Source: Candidatus Kapaibacterium sp. (GTDB lineage: Bacteria; Bacteroidota; Ignavibacteria; Kapaibacteriales; UBA2268). Taken from it: a stretch of DNA of 64,000 nt. Shown here one piece after another: positions 1 through 11,579 of this stretch (its first letter is position 1; every line of letters begins with the position of its first letter). Below the pieces are notes generated by a model. The model did not search any database. It was not told the origin of the DNA and saw only the letters and a program-made list of their open reading frames with translations. The DNA is taken from positions 1,312,001-1,376,000 of the forward strand of contig OY762428.1 in the NCBI GenBank assembly GCA_963665665.1. The letters run 5' to 3'. The position numbers and the translations under genes were made by a program.

Positions 1-985
1 CGGCTCCAAGAGCATTGTTTGCCAGTGCAGAACTAATGCAGGGTATTTCCATAGCCATGGCCTGAAGCAATTTATTTTGCAGGCCTATTCCAATCTGCAT
101 GGGTGCAAGAAATATTCCGGACTCGGCATAGCATTTCCTGATATCATCAACCCAACCCGTTACTTCAATATTTTCCGATTGAAGCTTTAGTACGGATTTA
201 GCAGGATTTGCTCCGGCAATCATAAACTTTATATTCGGAAACTCATTTTCAAGAAGAGGCATAATTTCCGAGGCAATATAATTTACAGCCGATACATTTG
301 GCTGGTAATTCATATTGCCGATAAACAGTAGTTCATATTTCTTTTCAGCTGCAATCGGCTTATAGAAATCCAGGTCCACTCCGTTTCGAACTATTTGTAT
401 TTTATTTTTTTCGGGATGGTCTATCAGGTCTCTGTCCTGCTCAGAAATAATTGTTTTGTTTTCGAACAGCTCAAACACATCCCTTTCATATCTTAAAAGT
501 CTTGAATATTCCAGCTTCAATAAGGGCAAATAGTAGACAGGGTCGGTTTTGAACCTTCTTTCCACACCTTTCGAGAAAGCATCCTGATAATCGATCGTTT
601 TTGGAATACCATCTATCTCCCTTGCATATTCCGCAGTCCGGACTAACTGGCAATAAATATGATCAGGCTTGGATTTACGGATAATATCCATTATTTCATT
701 TTTTATTTTTCCTGAATAAAAATACCCTGCCTGCAGGGGCTTACCACTGAAAAATGCTTTCAATACATTATATGCAATAGTCGCCTTTCCCATCTCGAAT
801 ACATGAACTTCAGAGCATAATTTATCTAATTTCTCTTTTTCTTCCGGCTTAACTTTTCTTGATGAAACTGCACACAATACGATATCGTTATTCTTTGATA
901 GATGTTTAATCTGATAATATGCCCTGAGTTTATCACCCTTTTCAAGAGGATATGGAAAACGCGGCAATATTACAAGAATTTTCAT
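1..985 (-). CDS. Glycosyltransferase family 4 protein (3' end truncated by window edge)
   Basis: Not in the ORF track; manual translation from ATG at 985: MKILVILPRFPYPLEKGDKLRAYYQIK...LLFIGNMNYQPN...IFLAPMQIGIGLQNKLLQAMAMEIPCIS, typical GT4/GT-B motifs. Confidence 0.85.
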   Translation of the reverse strand, partial: MKILVILPRFPYPLEKGDKLRAYYQIKHLSKNNDIVLCAVSSRKVKPEEKEKLDKLCSEVHVFEMGKATIAYNVLKAFFSGKPLQAGYFYSGKIKNEIMDIIRKSKPDHIYCQLVRTAEYAREIDGIPKTIDYQDAFSKGVERRFKTDPVYYLPLLKLEYSRLLRYERDVFELFENKTIISEQDRDLIDHPEKNKIQIVRNGVDLDFYKPIAAEKKYELLFIGNMNYQPNVSAVNYIASEIMPLLENEFPNIKFMIAGANPAKSVLKLQSENIEVTGWVDDIRKCYAESGIFLAPMQIGIGLQNKLLQAMAMEIPCISSALANNALGA

Positions 986-1202
986 AAAACAAACTGTATA
1001 TTAAATTTATTATATATATTTTATTCAAAAATAAAGAATTTGATGTTTTAATTTTAATTTTTTAGAATTATATTACTATGTAGGTAAGTATTCTGGAAAA
1101 TTATTTCATTGTACAAAATTTTGTAATCAACATCCTTTACTCTTGGAATTGGCAGAAAAAATATGACGAGTAGTTAAAAAAAGGATAAAAATATGAAAGT
1201 AA

Positions 1203-3389
1203 ATGAGAAGTAATTCAATATATTGGAGCATGACAGATAAATCAATTATACGCGTAATGCGTATAATAGGAATTGTGGTAATTTCAGCATCATTTATTTC
1301 AATGAACGAAGATATTTTCTATCTTAAAGAAACAAATTGGGTAAGCATTGTTTTAAGGCTGTTACCGATTTTATATAGTATTGGTTTTATTGGTTTTTCC
1401 TTCATAAATCCCGACAATTTTATTAAGTTGTTAAAAGTAATAATTATTACCGGAGTAATAATTATATCAATACCTGTTTCGATAATAAGTGCCATGATCG
1501 GAGGATTCAATAATCTCTATTTTCTCGGGATAATTCAACTGGAATTCGGCCTTATTAGTTTTATCCATTTGTCCCGAAGGGATTCATTCCTGATTATTCT
1601 TTTTCTCAATTCATTTTTTATTGTAAGCAATATTGTTATTCCTGATAATTTTGACATGGCAAATGCCTTAAGTGTTTGCACCGCCCTAATTATTTTTGCC
1701 CTTATCAGCATAGCGGCACATCATGTTTTTTCAATCAGCCGTGAATCTATTGCAATTAACAATCAGGAAAAAGATATTAACCTTGAGAGAATCAAACACG
1801 ACTTGATCATGAGTGAAAAAAAATTTTATGAATTATTTTACTCTTCTGACCTTCCTTTGCTAATAATTGAAAAGAACAGGATAGTTGATTGTAACAAAGC
1901 ATTTCTGAAGATGCTTGGATTTCAGGACAGGGAATTAGTATTAAATTTAATGCCGGCAGATTTATCACCGGATTATCAACCCGATGGCTATAGCTCGATA
2001 CAAATGCAGCAGGAATACTATACAAAATCCAGGGAAAGAGGTAGTATAAGCTTCTACTGGAAATATCAAAAATCCAATGGTAAAGAAATTGATACAAGAA
2101 TCAACCTCGTATCTATCCCGCTTAAAGGCAAAAGTGTGCTGTACGCTATTATTGATGATATTTCAGAACAAATTGTTGCCGAACAGAAGCTTAAGCAATC
2201 AGAAGAAACTGCAAATGCTTTTATTCACTCAATTAAAGATATTGCTATTCTGATAGATATTGATGGGGTAATTCTGAAGCACAATAAATTGCTCCCTCTG
2301 TCAGTAGGGAGCAAAATAATGGATATGACAGGATCAAATATCTATGATTATTTTGATTCGGAAACAGCGGAAAGAAGAAGGTCTTTTTCCAAAGTAATTA
2401 TAAATACAGGAAAATCTCATACTTTCGAGGATACAAGGGACAACAGAATTTTTATAATCTCTCAATCCCCGATATTTAATTCAAATAGTAAGATCGAAGC
2501 TATAGCAATCCATGTTCGTGATGTTACCAAAGAAAGAAAATCCGAACAGGACCTGAAGAAATATCAGAAAAAACTTGAGCAGATAGTTAATGAAAGAACC
2601 AAAGACCTCATTAAAGCAAATAATGACCTGACTTTGAGAAATACAGAAATTACTGAACAAAAGGAGGCTCTGCAGGTTTTAAATATTGAATTGAAAGAAG
2701 TTAACGCTGCTAAGGATAAATTCTTTTCGATTATAGCCCACGACCTGAGAAACCCGCTTATAAATCTCAGGGATGCCACGAATATACTTCTGGATTCAAT
2801 GGCAGATTTGGGCAAGGATGATATCACCGTTTATCTCAGAGATATAAATTCCTCTGCCTCGGGGGTGTACAGCCTGTTGGAAAATCTTTTGAACTGGTCG
2901 CGGGCACAAACTGGCAAAATTCAGTTTGTTCGCGAGGATTTTGACCTTAGAATATTGGTTGACGCTGTTCTTGCAATACACAAACTTCAGTCGGAAGCAA
3001 AGAATATTAAGCTGATAAATAATGTTCCCGAAGGCATTATTGTGCCTGCCGACCCGAATATTACATCAACAATCATCAGGAACATTGTATCCAATTCCCT
3101 GAAATTCACAGCTAACGGCGGCGAGATAAAAGTTGATATGAATGAAATGGACAATATTTTCCAGGTAGTGATTTCTGATAACGGTATTGGTATGTCCCGG
3201 GATACTTTGCTTGATATTTTCAGCATAGACAAACAAATATCCACTCCCGGAACAAATGATGAAAAGGGAACGGGCCTGGGGCTTATCATCTGCCGGGACC
3301 TTGCTAAAATCAATCATGGCGATTTAAAAATCGAATCGGAAGAAGGCAGGGGCACACATATTATTATTACTCTGCCTAAAAAGGCATAG
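1203..3389 (+). CDS. Membrane-bound PAS-domain sensor histidine kinase
   Basis: N-terminal TM segments, two PAS-like regions, H-box FSIIAHDLRNP, N-box NIVSNSLKFT, G boxes DNGIG and GTGLGL. Confidence 0.92.
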   Translation: MRSNSIYWSMTDKSIIRVMRIIGIVVISASFISMNEDIFYLKETNWVSIVLRLLPILYSIGFIGFSFINPDNFIKLLKVIIITGVIIISIPVSIISAMIGGFNNLYFLGIIQLEFGLISFIHLSRRDSFLIILFLNSFFIVSNIVIPDNFDMANALSVCTALIIFALISIAAHHVFSISRESIAINNQEKDINLERIKHDLIMSEKKFYELFYSSDLPLLIIEKNRIVDCNKAFLKMLGFQDRELVLNLMPADLSPDYQPDGYSSIQMQQEYYTKSRERGSISFYWKYQKSNGKEIDTRINLVSIPLKGKSVLYAIIDDISEQIVAEQKLKQSEETANAFIHSIKDIAILIDIDGVILKHNKLLPLSVGSKIMDMTGSNIYDYFDSETAERRRSFSKVIINTGKSHTFEDTRDNRIFIISQSPIFNSNSKIEAIAIHVRDVTKERKSEQDLKKYQKKLEQIVNERTKDLIKANNDLTLRNTEITEQKEALQVLNIELKEVNAAKDKFFSIIAHDLRNPLINLRDATNILLDSMADLGKDDITVYLRDINSSASGVYSLLENLLNWSRAQTGKIQFVREDFDLRILVDAVLAIHKLQSEAKNIKLINNVPEGIIVPADPNITSTIIRNIVSNSLKFTANGGEIKVDMNEMDNIFQVVISDNGIGMSRDTLLDIFSIDKQISTPGTNDEKGTGLGLIICRDLAKINHGDLKIESEEGRGTHIIITLPKKA

Positions 3390-3408
3390 GATACAATATA
3401 TTATATTC

Positions 3409-3446
3409 TTCAAAGGCCATGCGAATATTTCGTATGGCCTTTTGAA
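3409..3446. terminator. Probable bidirectional intrinsic terminator
   Basis: Long hairpin ttcaaaggccatgcgaa-tat-ttcgtatggccttttgaa between convergent ORFs. Confidence 0.7.
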
Positions 3447-3469
3447 ATAGATCAGTTCAGTTTCAATCT

Positions 3470-3709
3470 TCAGTTAAATGGATTTTCCTCTTCGTCTTCA
3501 TCATCAAAATATTCATCATCAAAATCTGACAAATCCTGTTCAATAGCGGCAAGGTTGCTCAATGTGTTTGAAAAATGTTCTAACGCCTGGCTCAGGTTTC
3601 TGATTACTTCGCTATATTTTACCTTGTCGTCAACGCTCTTTGCTTTTTTCAATTTTTCCAGATTTTCGCCAATCTGGTCAGAGATGGAATCAATAAAAAT
3701 TTCCTGCAT
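3470..3709 (-). CDS. Small hypothetical protein with acidic tail
   Basis: 79-aa ORF co-oriented and 24 bp downstream of the OmpA gene; AAGGAAA upstream of ATG. Confidence 0.65.
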   Translation of the reverse strand: MQEIFIDSISDQIGENLEKLKKAKSVDDKVKYSEVIRNLSQALEHFSNTLSNLAAIEQDLSDFDDEYFDDEDEEENPFN

Positions 3710-3733
3710 TTTCTTTTCCTTTATAATATAGAA

Positions 3734-5824
3734 TTACTTTCTTACATTTCTAATTTCTATGGTAACGGCCCTGCTCAGGAACCTGTCAATAGGAGTGGCG
3801 TAGCTATCAATACCCGGAGGGAATTCACTGCTGGCTACTCCCTCTACTGTTGTAACTTTGGCATCCGGGCGAATTTTAATAATTGCATTGGCGGCACTTC
3901 TTGCCCTGCTTTCGGACAGGGCTTTGTTTCGCTCCGGAATTCCAAGGGCATCGGTATAACCTTTTACGCTGATTGTTGCCCCCGGCCTCATGTCGTTAAG
4001 AAAAATCCTGATCGATTCGATACCTGCACGGGATATTCTGTCGCTTCCAACATCGAACAGTACAAGAGACATCCTTGATATCGACACTTCCGAAGTATCT
4101 GAATTAATTGCAACCTCGGCATGAGCCTCAGTTGCCTGGCCGTCGCCGTCCACCATATAAAGGTCGGCTTTCAGGCTTGAACCGGCAGCAAGGCTTGATT
4201 TCATTGTTTCATCCAGAGGGATTGTTACCCTTGTAGGCGGAGTTGAATATTCTTTTTCCCAGACCGTATTATCATTTACCCTGCATTTCATTTTAGCAAG
4301 CTGAATACCGGTTCTCGTACCACCGGAAGTATTAAATACCACATTCTCGGTAGAAATGCCGGTTGCCTCAAGAAATCGCTTCCGCACAACAGGCATAAAC
4401 ATCCTTGGATCCGCGGAAGTGAAATCAACCCTTCGGTTTTCCGACCATCCGCTGTCATTAGGTGTTAATGTAGGATTTTTGGGGCTGCAATTGCCTCTTG
4501 CCGGTGCAATTTTTAATCTTATAGGGTCAATATTCCAAACATTAACAAGATAATTAACCACAGATTCCGCTCTTTTTCTTGCCAGACCGCAATCCGATTT
4601 CTCGGTTGTTGAATCAGCAGCCCCCTGAAGAGTTACTGCCGCCCTGGGATACATCGTCAGGCGCTGGCCGAGTATATTAAGCGCATTATCGTGAAAAGCG
4701 TATGGATTAGGCTCGATAGCATCTATATCAAAATCTTTACCATTTTCAATTTTTATGTAGTTTTCAGCCAGTTCAGCTGAGTTTTCATCAAAAAACATAA
4801 CCGGCAGCGATGGAAATGATTCTGAAACAAACCTGGCGCTTATATCTATGAGTTTTGTTTCGGGCAGTAGAGATGCCTCGGGAGCAGGCCTTGAATACAG
4901 AGTGTCTGTCCTGTAGGTAATCTCCATTTCAAATATTGTATCACGAACAAATTCATCGCGATATTCTTTTCTTTCATTTCCTTTTACAACATGGCTTTTT
5001 GCAATATCATAGGAATCAATTTTTATTGTATCAATATGTTTCCTGTACAATTTCTCGCGTTTCGACGGTTCCTTGTCGGGAATATACCTGTATTTAACAG
5101 CCAGGCCGCCGCTAAGTGAACTTATAGTCCAGTCTTTCTGGTCGGCCATATTACTCAGCCCCTGGAAGTAGAAAACTTCCGGAACCAATTTTAGGGAACC
5201 ACTTCTGTTCAGTGGCAATTCATAGCTCAGCCCCATAAATATTGAACCATAGGCTGCATTGTATTCGGGAATATCTCCGGACTGTTCGTTTCTGGTTCTT
5301 TTGCCATTTTCAACGAACACTCCCTGATCCGAAGGATTTGTTATCTTTTCCTTATAGTCGAAGGTTGCAGTTGTAATATTGCCGATCCTGCCACCAAAAT
5401 GAATGCCGAAATTCTCTACCGGGCTGTAGATAAAGTATGGGTCAAAATTTATCAACATGAATTCAGAACTCAGAATATGGGCAAATTTCCCGTTAACAAC
5501 ACTATTACCAATCCTGACAGGAATGCTTTCATCTTTGCTTAATTCCCCGTTCAAAGTGGATATACCAGCCCTCAGCCCTATGCGAAGGTTCAATGGCAAA
5601 TCAAATTCCATTAATGCACCCAGGCTGAACCCACTACCATGGCCTGTTTCAAAAACCGGGCAACAGGTAGGAACATTCTTGAACTCCCTGAAATCGGCTT
5701 TATGCAGGTTTATGCCGTAATTGGCATATACCCCGAGTACGGGCCTTAGCGGAGCTCCGTCTTCCGCGTTCAACCAATCTGCTGATAAGGCCAGAAAAGT
5801 AATCAGTATTAATATTTTTTTCAA
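3734..5824 (-). CDS. OmpA-family outer membrane protein (N-terminal beta-barrel-like region, two OmpA-like domains)
   Basis: Signal peptide; LARKRAESVVNYL...ENRRVDF and LFDVGSD...GYTDALG...NKALSESRARSAA peptidoglycan-binding motifs. Confidence 0.85.
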   Translation of the reverse strand: MKKILILITFLALSADWLNAEDGAPLRPVLGVYANYGINLHKADFREFKNVPTCCPVFETGHGSGFSLGALMEFDLPLNLRIGLRAGISTLNGELSKDESIPVRIGNSVVNGKFAHILSSEFMLINFDPYFIYSPVENFGIHFGGRIGNITTATFDYKEKITNPSDQGVFVENGKRTRNEQSGDIPEYNAAYGSIFMGLSYELPLNRSGSLKLVPEVFYFQGLSNMADQKDWTISSLSGGLAVKYRYIPDKEPSKREKLYRKHIDTIKIDSYDIAKSHVVKGNERKEYRDEFVRDTIFEMEITYRTDTLYSRPAPEASLLPETKLIDISARFVSESFPSLPVMFFDENSAELAENYIKIENGKDFDIDAIEPNPYAFHDNALNILGQRLTMYPRAAVTLQGAADSTTEKSDCGLARKRAESVVNYLVNVWNIDPIRLKIAPARGNCSPKNPTLTPNDSGWSENRRVDFTSADPRMFMPVVRKRFLEATGISTENVVFNTSGGTRTGIQLAKMKCRVNDNTVWEKEYSTPPTRVTIPLDETMKSSLAAGSSLKADLYMVDGDGQATEAHAEVAINSDTSEVSISRMSLVLFDVGSDRISRAGIESIRIFLNDMRPGATISVKGYTDALGIPERNKALSESRARSAANAIIKIRPDAKVTTVEGVASSEFPPGIDSYATPIDRFLSRAVTIEIRNVRK

Positions 5825-5940
5825 TTTATTACCCGGTATTATTTTTTATTCATCTATTTATCAATATATGATTAAGCAAAAAAAATACCAAATCTTAATA
5901 TTTATATTTGAAATAATTTTATCTGGATTTTGGCTGCATT

Positions 5941-5976
5941 AAAAAAAAATCATCCGATAAAATTAATCATCGGATG
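5941..5976 (-). terminator. Intrinsic terminator after aminopeptidase
   Basis: catccgat/atcggatg stem followed on the minus strand by a U-run (A9 at 5941-5949). Confidence 0.6.
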
Positions 5977-6000
5977 AATTATATTTGCTTGTTTCAATTG

Positions 6001-6966
6001 TTATTCTTCAACAAATTTTCCGTCTTTGATTACTATCTTGTCGTCAACAAAGAGTGTGGATTCGCGAAGTACGGCAGTAACATTCTGGTCTACCTGCAAT
6101 TTTCCCCCGAGAGCGATATTGTTTCCGAAGCCAAGTGATATTGCCCCTAAAACTTTTTCTTCTTCAAGCATTGAACCGGAAAATTCAGCTTTTTCGTTAC
6201 AACCGATACCGATCTTGCCAATATATTTTCCCATATCGCCGCTTTTGTTTATAAGCCTTGAAAAACGTTTTGCATTTCCACCGCCTGCTACTTTGTTTAC
6301 CTTTCCTTTCCTGATGAATATTTCAACCGGAGATTCAAGATTGCCAAGAGTAGAAACAGTACCATTAAGAACAACAATACCATTTATCCTGTTTTCCCTT
6401 GGCGAGAAAAATACTTCGCCCGAAGGAAGGTTGCCACCTTCGCCAATATTCAATAATGCAATCGGGCTGGCAAAAATTTCCCTGTCTTTTTTCTCGAATT
6501 TAAGAGAAGTCCCATTTTCGTGATATACTCTGAATTTCTCTCCTTTAGAAATTTTCTCAAATACTTTGCGGGTAGTTTCTTCGGTCTGAGAAAAATTCTT
6601 TGTAAAGCATCGTTTTATAGTATCACCTGTTATTGCAGGCATCAAGGCTATCCTGACACCAAGGTCAGCAGCCTTTTTTCTTGCCTTTGTATATGCAATC
6701 GAGGTAGAAGCAGGACAAACAACAACATCAACTTCAGTCATCATTTTGTATGCCTGTGCAGGCGGTTCCCGACCGTCAATTTCCATTGTCGGCATTTCAA
6801 AGTAAAAAGCTTCATCTGTTATTTTTGATGCCGATTCAAAAAAAGTCAGCCCAATATCCCTGTTGGCTTCATCGCATAATACCATTATGCTCTCGTCCTC
6901 TTCCAAACCTATATAAGTTTTCAAAGCAAGAGTGGCAGCTTTCTTAACTTGTAAAGTAACAGCCAT
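6001..6966 (-). CDS. Aminopeptidase, M29 (thermophilic metalloprotease)-like
   Basis: GNLPSGEVF, IGIGCN, EEKVLGAISLGFGNN motifs. Confidence 0.8.
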   Translation of the reverse strand: MAVTLQVKKAATLALKTYIGLEEDESIMVLCDEANRDIGLTFFESASKITDEAFYFEMPTMEIDGREPPAQAYKMMTEVDVVVCPASTSIAYTKARKKAADLGVRIALMPAITGDTIKRCFTKNFSQTEETTRKVFEKISKGEKFRVYHENGTSLKFEKKDREIFASPIALLNIGEGGNLPSGEVFFSPRENRINGIVVLNGTVSTLGNLESPVEIFIRKGKVNKVAGGGNAKRFSRLINKSGDMGKYIGKIGIGCNEKAEFSGSMLEEEKVLGAISLGFGNNIALGGKLQVDQNVTAVLRESTLFVDDKIVIKDGKFVEE

Positions 6967-7123
6967 TATTATTACCCGCGTAATTTAAAAAAAATAATAA
7001 ATCTAATTTGTAACAGATATAAATCACCCAGTGGGGCAACAATCAATTCACCTGTTATCAAATAATATATGTCGATTAATATCTAATAAATTTAAAATAA
7101 GGTTTTTATATTTTAAATACAAA

Positions 7124-8512
7124 TTATTTTTTTATTCCTTCAAGCCCGAAGCCGGAATTTCTGCTGTCCTCACGCTTCAAAAAGAATGCGAAAGCAAGCC
7201 CTACCAGGCCCAGGCCGGCAAACATGATCATCGTATAAGTATAATCATAAGTTGCTGTTCCGGCTTTTATCATCTCCTTGGTTACGCCCGGGTTGGAAAT
7301 ATCCAGGATTCTCCCCGCCAGTATCGGGAAAGCAAACAGGCCAAGATTTTGCAGTGATGCCATCATCCCGTAAGCAGTCCCTATACGCCTTTCATCAACT
7401 ATCAAGGCAACCGAAGGCCACATTGCGGCAGGAACCAGCGAAAATGCAATACCGAGAACAACCATGGAAATTACCGGTGTAAGCCCCGTTAGCCCCAAAG
7501 CAAGATGAGACAGCAGCAAAAGGAAGGAACCCAGTATCATCAGAGTTGCACGCTTACCTACTTTATCCACAACAAAACCGAAAAGAGGCGTAAATACAAT
7601 AGTTCCCCAAATAATTGCACTTGTCCAGGTACCACTGGATTCAAGAGAAAAACCGAATTTATTGTGCAGCAGGTCCGGGCAATAAGCCTGAAATGGAAAA
7701 ACTGCCGAATAAAATGTAACACATAGTAATATTATAAATATAAATGATTTATTTGTAACCAATGCAACAATGTCGGAAAATTTAAATTCATCCTCCGGAT
7801 CTTTAAGTGCTTCCTTATCTTCTTTGGGTGAGACTTTTATGTCATAACTCATGTAAAGTACAAATACCAATAATCCAAGCCCCATTAGAATTGCAGCAAC
7901 CCATACAGCAGTTGTCCAGCCGGTGGAAGCTGTTATAAGTATAGGTGAGAAAATCAATGCCATGGCCGTACCTAATCGCGCAATTGCAACATTAACAGCA
8001 AAAGCAAAAGCAAGCTCCTTGCCTTTAAACCACTTAACTATAATTTTATTTATCACAACAATACTTGTTTCCGCTCCAAGGCCGTATAAAAGCCTTCCAA
8101 TCATAAGCATTTTAACTTCGGGAGAATAATCAGTAGGTAAGGCATCAATAAAACCATATCCAAAACCCCCAGCTGAAAAATAATCACTAATTCCGTATGC
8201 GGAAATAAATGTTCCGAGAACACAAAGAAGAACAAACAGGAAACCGGTTTTTCGAATACCCCATTTATCAAGTATTATGCCGCCAAAAATAGTCATCAAC
8301 AGGAATGTATTTGTAAATGAATACATTGCAACAATAATACCATAGTCTGTATTATCGATCCCGAGTTCGCCGGTTAAAACTGACTTAATTGAAGAAAATG
8401 CATCATAAACATAATAATTAGCTGCAATTACAAAACTGACGATTAATAAAATAATCCATCTGACCTTAGGGTTGGCAGCCGCCTGTCCCGAAAATATCTG
8501 TTCTTTTGTCAT
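7124..8512 (-). CDS. MFS transporter
   Basis: About 12 TM helices, GIILDKWGIRK and GFVVDKVGKR loop motifs. Confidence 0.9.
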   Translation of the reverse strand: MTKEQIFSGQAAANPKVRWIILLIVSFVIAANYYVYDAFSSIKSVLTGELGIDNTDYGIIVAMYSFTNTFLLMTIFGGIILDKWGIRKTGFLFVLLCVLGTFISAYGISDYFSAGGFGYGFIDALPTDYSPEVKMLMIGRLLYGLGAETSIVVINKIIVKWFKGKELAFAFAVNVAIARLGTAMALIFSPILITASTGWTTAVWVAAILMGLGLLVFVLYMSYDIKVSPKEDKEALKDPEDEFKFSDIVALVTNKSFIFIILLCVTFYSAVFPFQAYCPDLLHNKFGFSLESSGTWTSAIIWGTIVFTPLFGFVVDKVGKRATLMILGSFLLLLSHLALGLTGLTPVISMVVLGIAFSLVPAAMWPSVALIVDERRIGTAYGMMASLQNLGLFAFPILAGRILDISNPGVTKEMIKAGTATYDYTYTMIMFAGLGLVGLAFAFFLKREDSRNSGFGLEGIKK

Positions 8513-8857
8513 AACTATACTTCTGATTTATACAGGAAACCTGTTGTTTAATTAGTGATGCAAAGATATAATATTTTTTTACTTTTGAAAAGGATTTTCC
8601 AACAATAAAAAAAATGTAATATTTTGATAATATTTATTTATTTCCTTAATATTCAGTATTTTATTGATATATTCACAACTTTATGCTCCATGAATCAGCA
8701 TTTTGTAATTGTTTAAAATTCAATAAATTAGAAAATGTTAGCAAATTTGTTAATATTTTTCAAAAAAAATTTCCTCAATCATCTTTAAAATTAAATTTTA
8801 CTGTTTATCCAAAGAACAAAAAATTCCGCTGAATATTACGATAAATTACATTATCTG

Positions 8858-10750
8858 CTATCCCTGGTTAGCGGCAAACTGAATATCATAAAGCTTGCGA
8901 TATACACCATTTTTTTCAAGCAATTCAGAATGTGAGCCATGTTCAGTTATTCTTCCCTTGTCGAAAACAAATATCTCGTCGCAATCGATTATTGTGGCAA
9001 GCCTGTGGGCAACAATTATTGCAGTACGGTTTTCAAGAGAATGGTTGATAGCTTCCTGAACAATTTTTTCCGATTCTGAATCCAATGCCGAAGTGGCTTC
9101 ATCGAATATTAATATCTCAGGATCGCGAACAAGAGCACGTGCTATTGAAACACGTTGCCTTTCACCGCCTGAGAGCATAACACCCCGGTCTCCGATATAA
9201 GTATTGTATCTTTCCGGCAGTTTTGAAATGAAACCATGAGCATTAGAAACTTTTGCCGATTCTTCAATAGTATTATCATCAGCGTCAGGGCTTCCGAATT
9301 TAATATTGTTCGAAAGGCTGTCATTGAATAAAATACTTTCCTGGGCTACAATGCCAAACAAAGACCTGTATGATTTCAGAGTATATTCTTTGATATCACT
9401 TCCGTCAATTGTTATTCTGCCGCCTGCGGGATCGTAGAATCTGACAATTAGGTCCAGCATTGTGGATTTTCCGCTTCCGCTGGCACCTACAAAAGCAACC
9501 TTGGTACATTTTTTTATTTTAAGAGATACATCCTTAATAACAGCGCCTTCATCATAGGCAAAATCCAAACCACTTATTTCGATTGTATCATTGAAGTTAT
9601 CAATTACCTTCTTTCCGGTTTCCTTTTCCGGCTCTTCATCAAGAATAGTAAAAACTCTTCCTGCCGCAACATAACCAAGCTGGAATTTGGAAACAGCATT
9701 GATAACTAGTGATATCGGGTTCATGATTGCAAATAAAGCAAAAAGAAAAGTCATAAGTTCTTCTGGCGGCATTTCGTTATTTATTACCTGAACGCCACCG
9801 ACAAATAACACAACACAAAGCGCCAGTATTGCAAATATTTCATTTATGGACGGAATAAGTGCAATTATTTTCTTATGCTTAATGGCAGAACGCACATACC
9901 TGGCTGTATCGGAAAAGAACCTTCCATTAGCGCTTCCCTCTGCATTATATGCTTTTACTACTTTTATTCCGGATATAGATTCCTGAAGTGTGGAAGTATA
10001 ATCTGCCATTGCCGACTGCATCCTTTTGGCGTAACGTCGAATATATTTCATCGCCAGGTTTACAAGAACCAAACTGACAATACTGGTACTGAAAGCAATA
10101 AAGGACAGATTGGTTGATATTGAAAACAGTATTACAAGGAATAATAATATTTTTGTTGTCTCGCGAAGAACCGTTGTAAAAGAGGAAATCGTTGAATTGT
10201 TGAGCGCGGTTACGTCATTCGTAATTATCGACATAAGGTTGCCCGAACGGCTTTTAGTAAAAAATCCGATCGGCAGGGAGGTTAGCCTGTCGAAAACCTT
10301 ATCCCTTATTGATTTGATAACCCCCTCCTGCAATTTAAGGGAAACAACGCTGCTAAGATATTTAAAGAAATTTTTCAGAATGAATGCAATAATTATAAAT
10401 ATTCCAAGATTTATCAGTGTTGCAATTTTATCTCCCGGCTCTTCAATCAGGTCGTTCAGTACCTGGTAAAGGTAGTCTTTAATTCTTGTTAATGATTCAG
10501 GTGTTGGTATGATCTCCGTCATGCTATCATCATTTGCCGGAGTCTGCCTTACTTCAGTTCCCTCACTTGCCGGAAATATAAGTTGAAAAACCGGTTTTAT
10601 TGAGGCAATAGTAATAGCATCGAATGTAGAGAAAAGGATGTTTAAGAATATTGATAATACGAAAAGCCTGATAAAAGGCTTAATAAATACAGATATTCTC
10701 CTGAGCATCTGAAAGGAGCTGATCTTTTTTTCATCACTGTCTTTTTTCAT
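8858..10750 (-). CDS. ABC transporter ATP-binding/permease (MsbA-like)
   Basis: TMD plus Walker A GASGSGKST, LSGGERQR signature, ILIFDEATSALD; start placed at MKKDSD (10750). Confidence 0.92.
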   Translation of the reverse strand: MKKDSDEKKISSFQMLRRISVFIKPFIRLFVLSIFLNILFSTFDAITIASIKPVFQLIFPASEGTEVRQTPANDDSMTEIIPTPESLTRIKDYLYQVLNDLIEEPGDKIATLINLGIFIIIAFILKNFFKYLSSVVSLKLQEGVIKSIRDKVFDRLTSLPIGFFTKSRSGNLMSIITNDVTALNNSTISSFTTVLRETTKILLFLVILFSISTNLSFIAFSTSIVSLVLVNLAMKYIRRYAKRMQSAMADYTSTLQESISGIKVVKAYNAEGSANGRFFSDTARYVRSAIKHKKIIALIPSINEIFAILALCVVLFVGGVQVINNEMPPEELMTFLFALFAIMNPISLVINAVSKFQLGYVAAGRVFTILDEEPEKETGKKVIDNFNDTIEISGLDFAYDEGAVIKDVSLKIKKCTKVAFVGASGSGKSTMLDLIVRFYDPAGGRITIDGSDIKEYTLKSYRSLFGIVAQESILFNDSLSNNIKFGSPDADDNTIEESAKVSNAHGFISKLPERYNTYIGDRGVMLSGGERQRVSIARALVRDPEILIFDEATSALDSESEKIVQEAINHSLENRTAIIVAHRLATIIDCDEIFVFDKGRITEHGSHSELLEKNGVYRKLYDIQFAANQG

Positions 10751-10824
10751 CGTCAACCCGTATGTAAAAAAAAACTCCGGTAAAATTACGAATTTACCGG
10801 AGAATAATATCAAAATCAGTTAAA

Positions 10825-11337
10825 TCATTTTTTTGTGAGTTCAACAATTTTCTCGTAAAGCTCTTCTTCATCACCCGGAGCATATCCGTTATGTTCCCAA
10901 ACGATATTGCCTTTGCCATCACAGAGAATTGTGTGTGGCGGGTTGTTTATACCCAGGGCACGACGGAAGTCACTGTTTTCATCCAGGTAAACATCATAAG
11001 TCCATCCGCGGCCATTTACAAAAGGAGCTACTTTGCGACTGTTGCGCGAATCATCAATTGAAATCGCAAAAATTTTCACGCCTGTCTCATCCTGCCAGTC
11101 CTCATAAACATCACTAATAGTATTCAGCTCCATGATACAGGGTTTGCACCAAGTTGCCCAGAAATTAATAACAAACGGTTTACCATCATTTTCAAAAGAT
11201 GAAGTATTTACAACTTTTCCCCTTAAGTTCTTAACCTTCACTGAAGGAACCTTTTTGGTCGATTCTTTAGAAATTACCTGCTGAGCCATGAAGCCAACGA
11301 AAACGAGAAGAAATAAGCTTAGAATTGTCTTTTTCAT
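10825..11337 (-). CDS. TlpA-family thiol-disulfide oxidoreductase
   Basis: Signal peptide, INFWATWCKPC. Confidence 0.9.
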   Translation of the reverse strand: MKKTILSLFLLVFVGFMAQQVISKESTKKVPSVKVKNLRGKVVNTSSFENDGKPFVINFWATWCKPCIMELNTISDVYEDWQDETGVKIFAISIDDSRNSRKVAPFVNGRGWTYDVYLDENSDFRRALGINNPPHTILCDGKGNIVWEHNGYAPGDEEELYEKIVELTKK

Positions 11338-11579
11338 TTTGCACCTTTACTGAATTGTCCCTTTACCAAAAAATTTTAATTTTTTCATTTATTTGTTTAA
11401 ATTAAATTTCTTTCAAAAGAAAGATGTTATTATAGAATTAAAAGTTACAAAAAATTTGAAAAAATATGTAACGAAATTTAAATTAAAGTGTCTCTAATAT
11501 TACATACGGGTAAGATAATGGAATGTTTCCCGTAATAATATTGGCAAAGGGTAATATATAATAAATCCGGAGAGGTAAC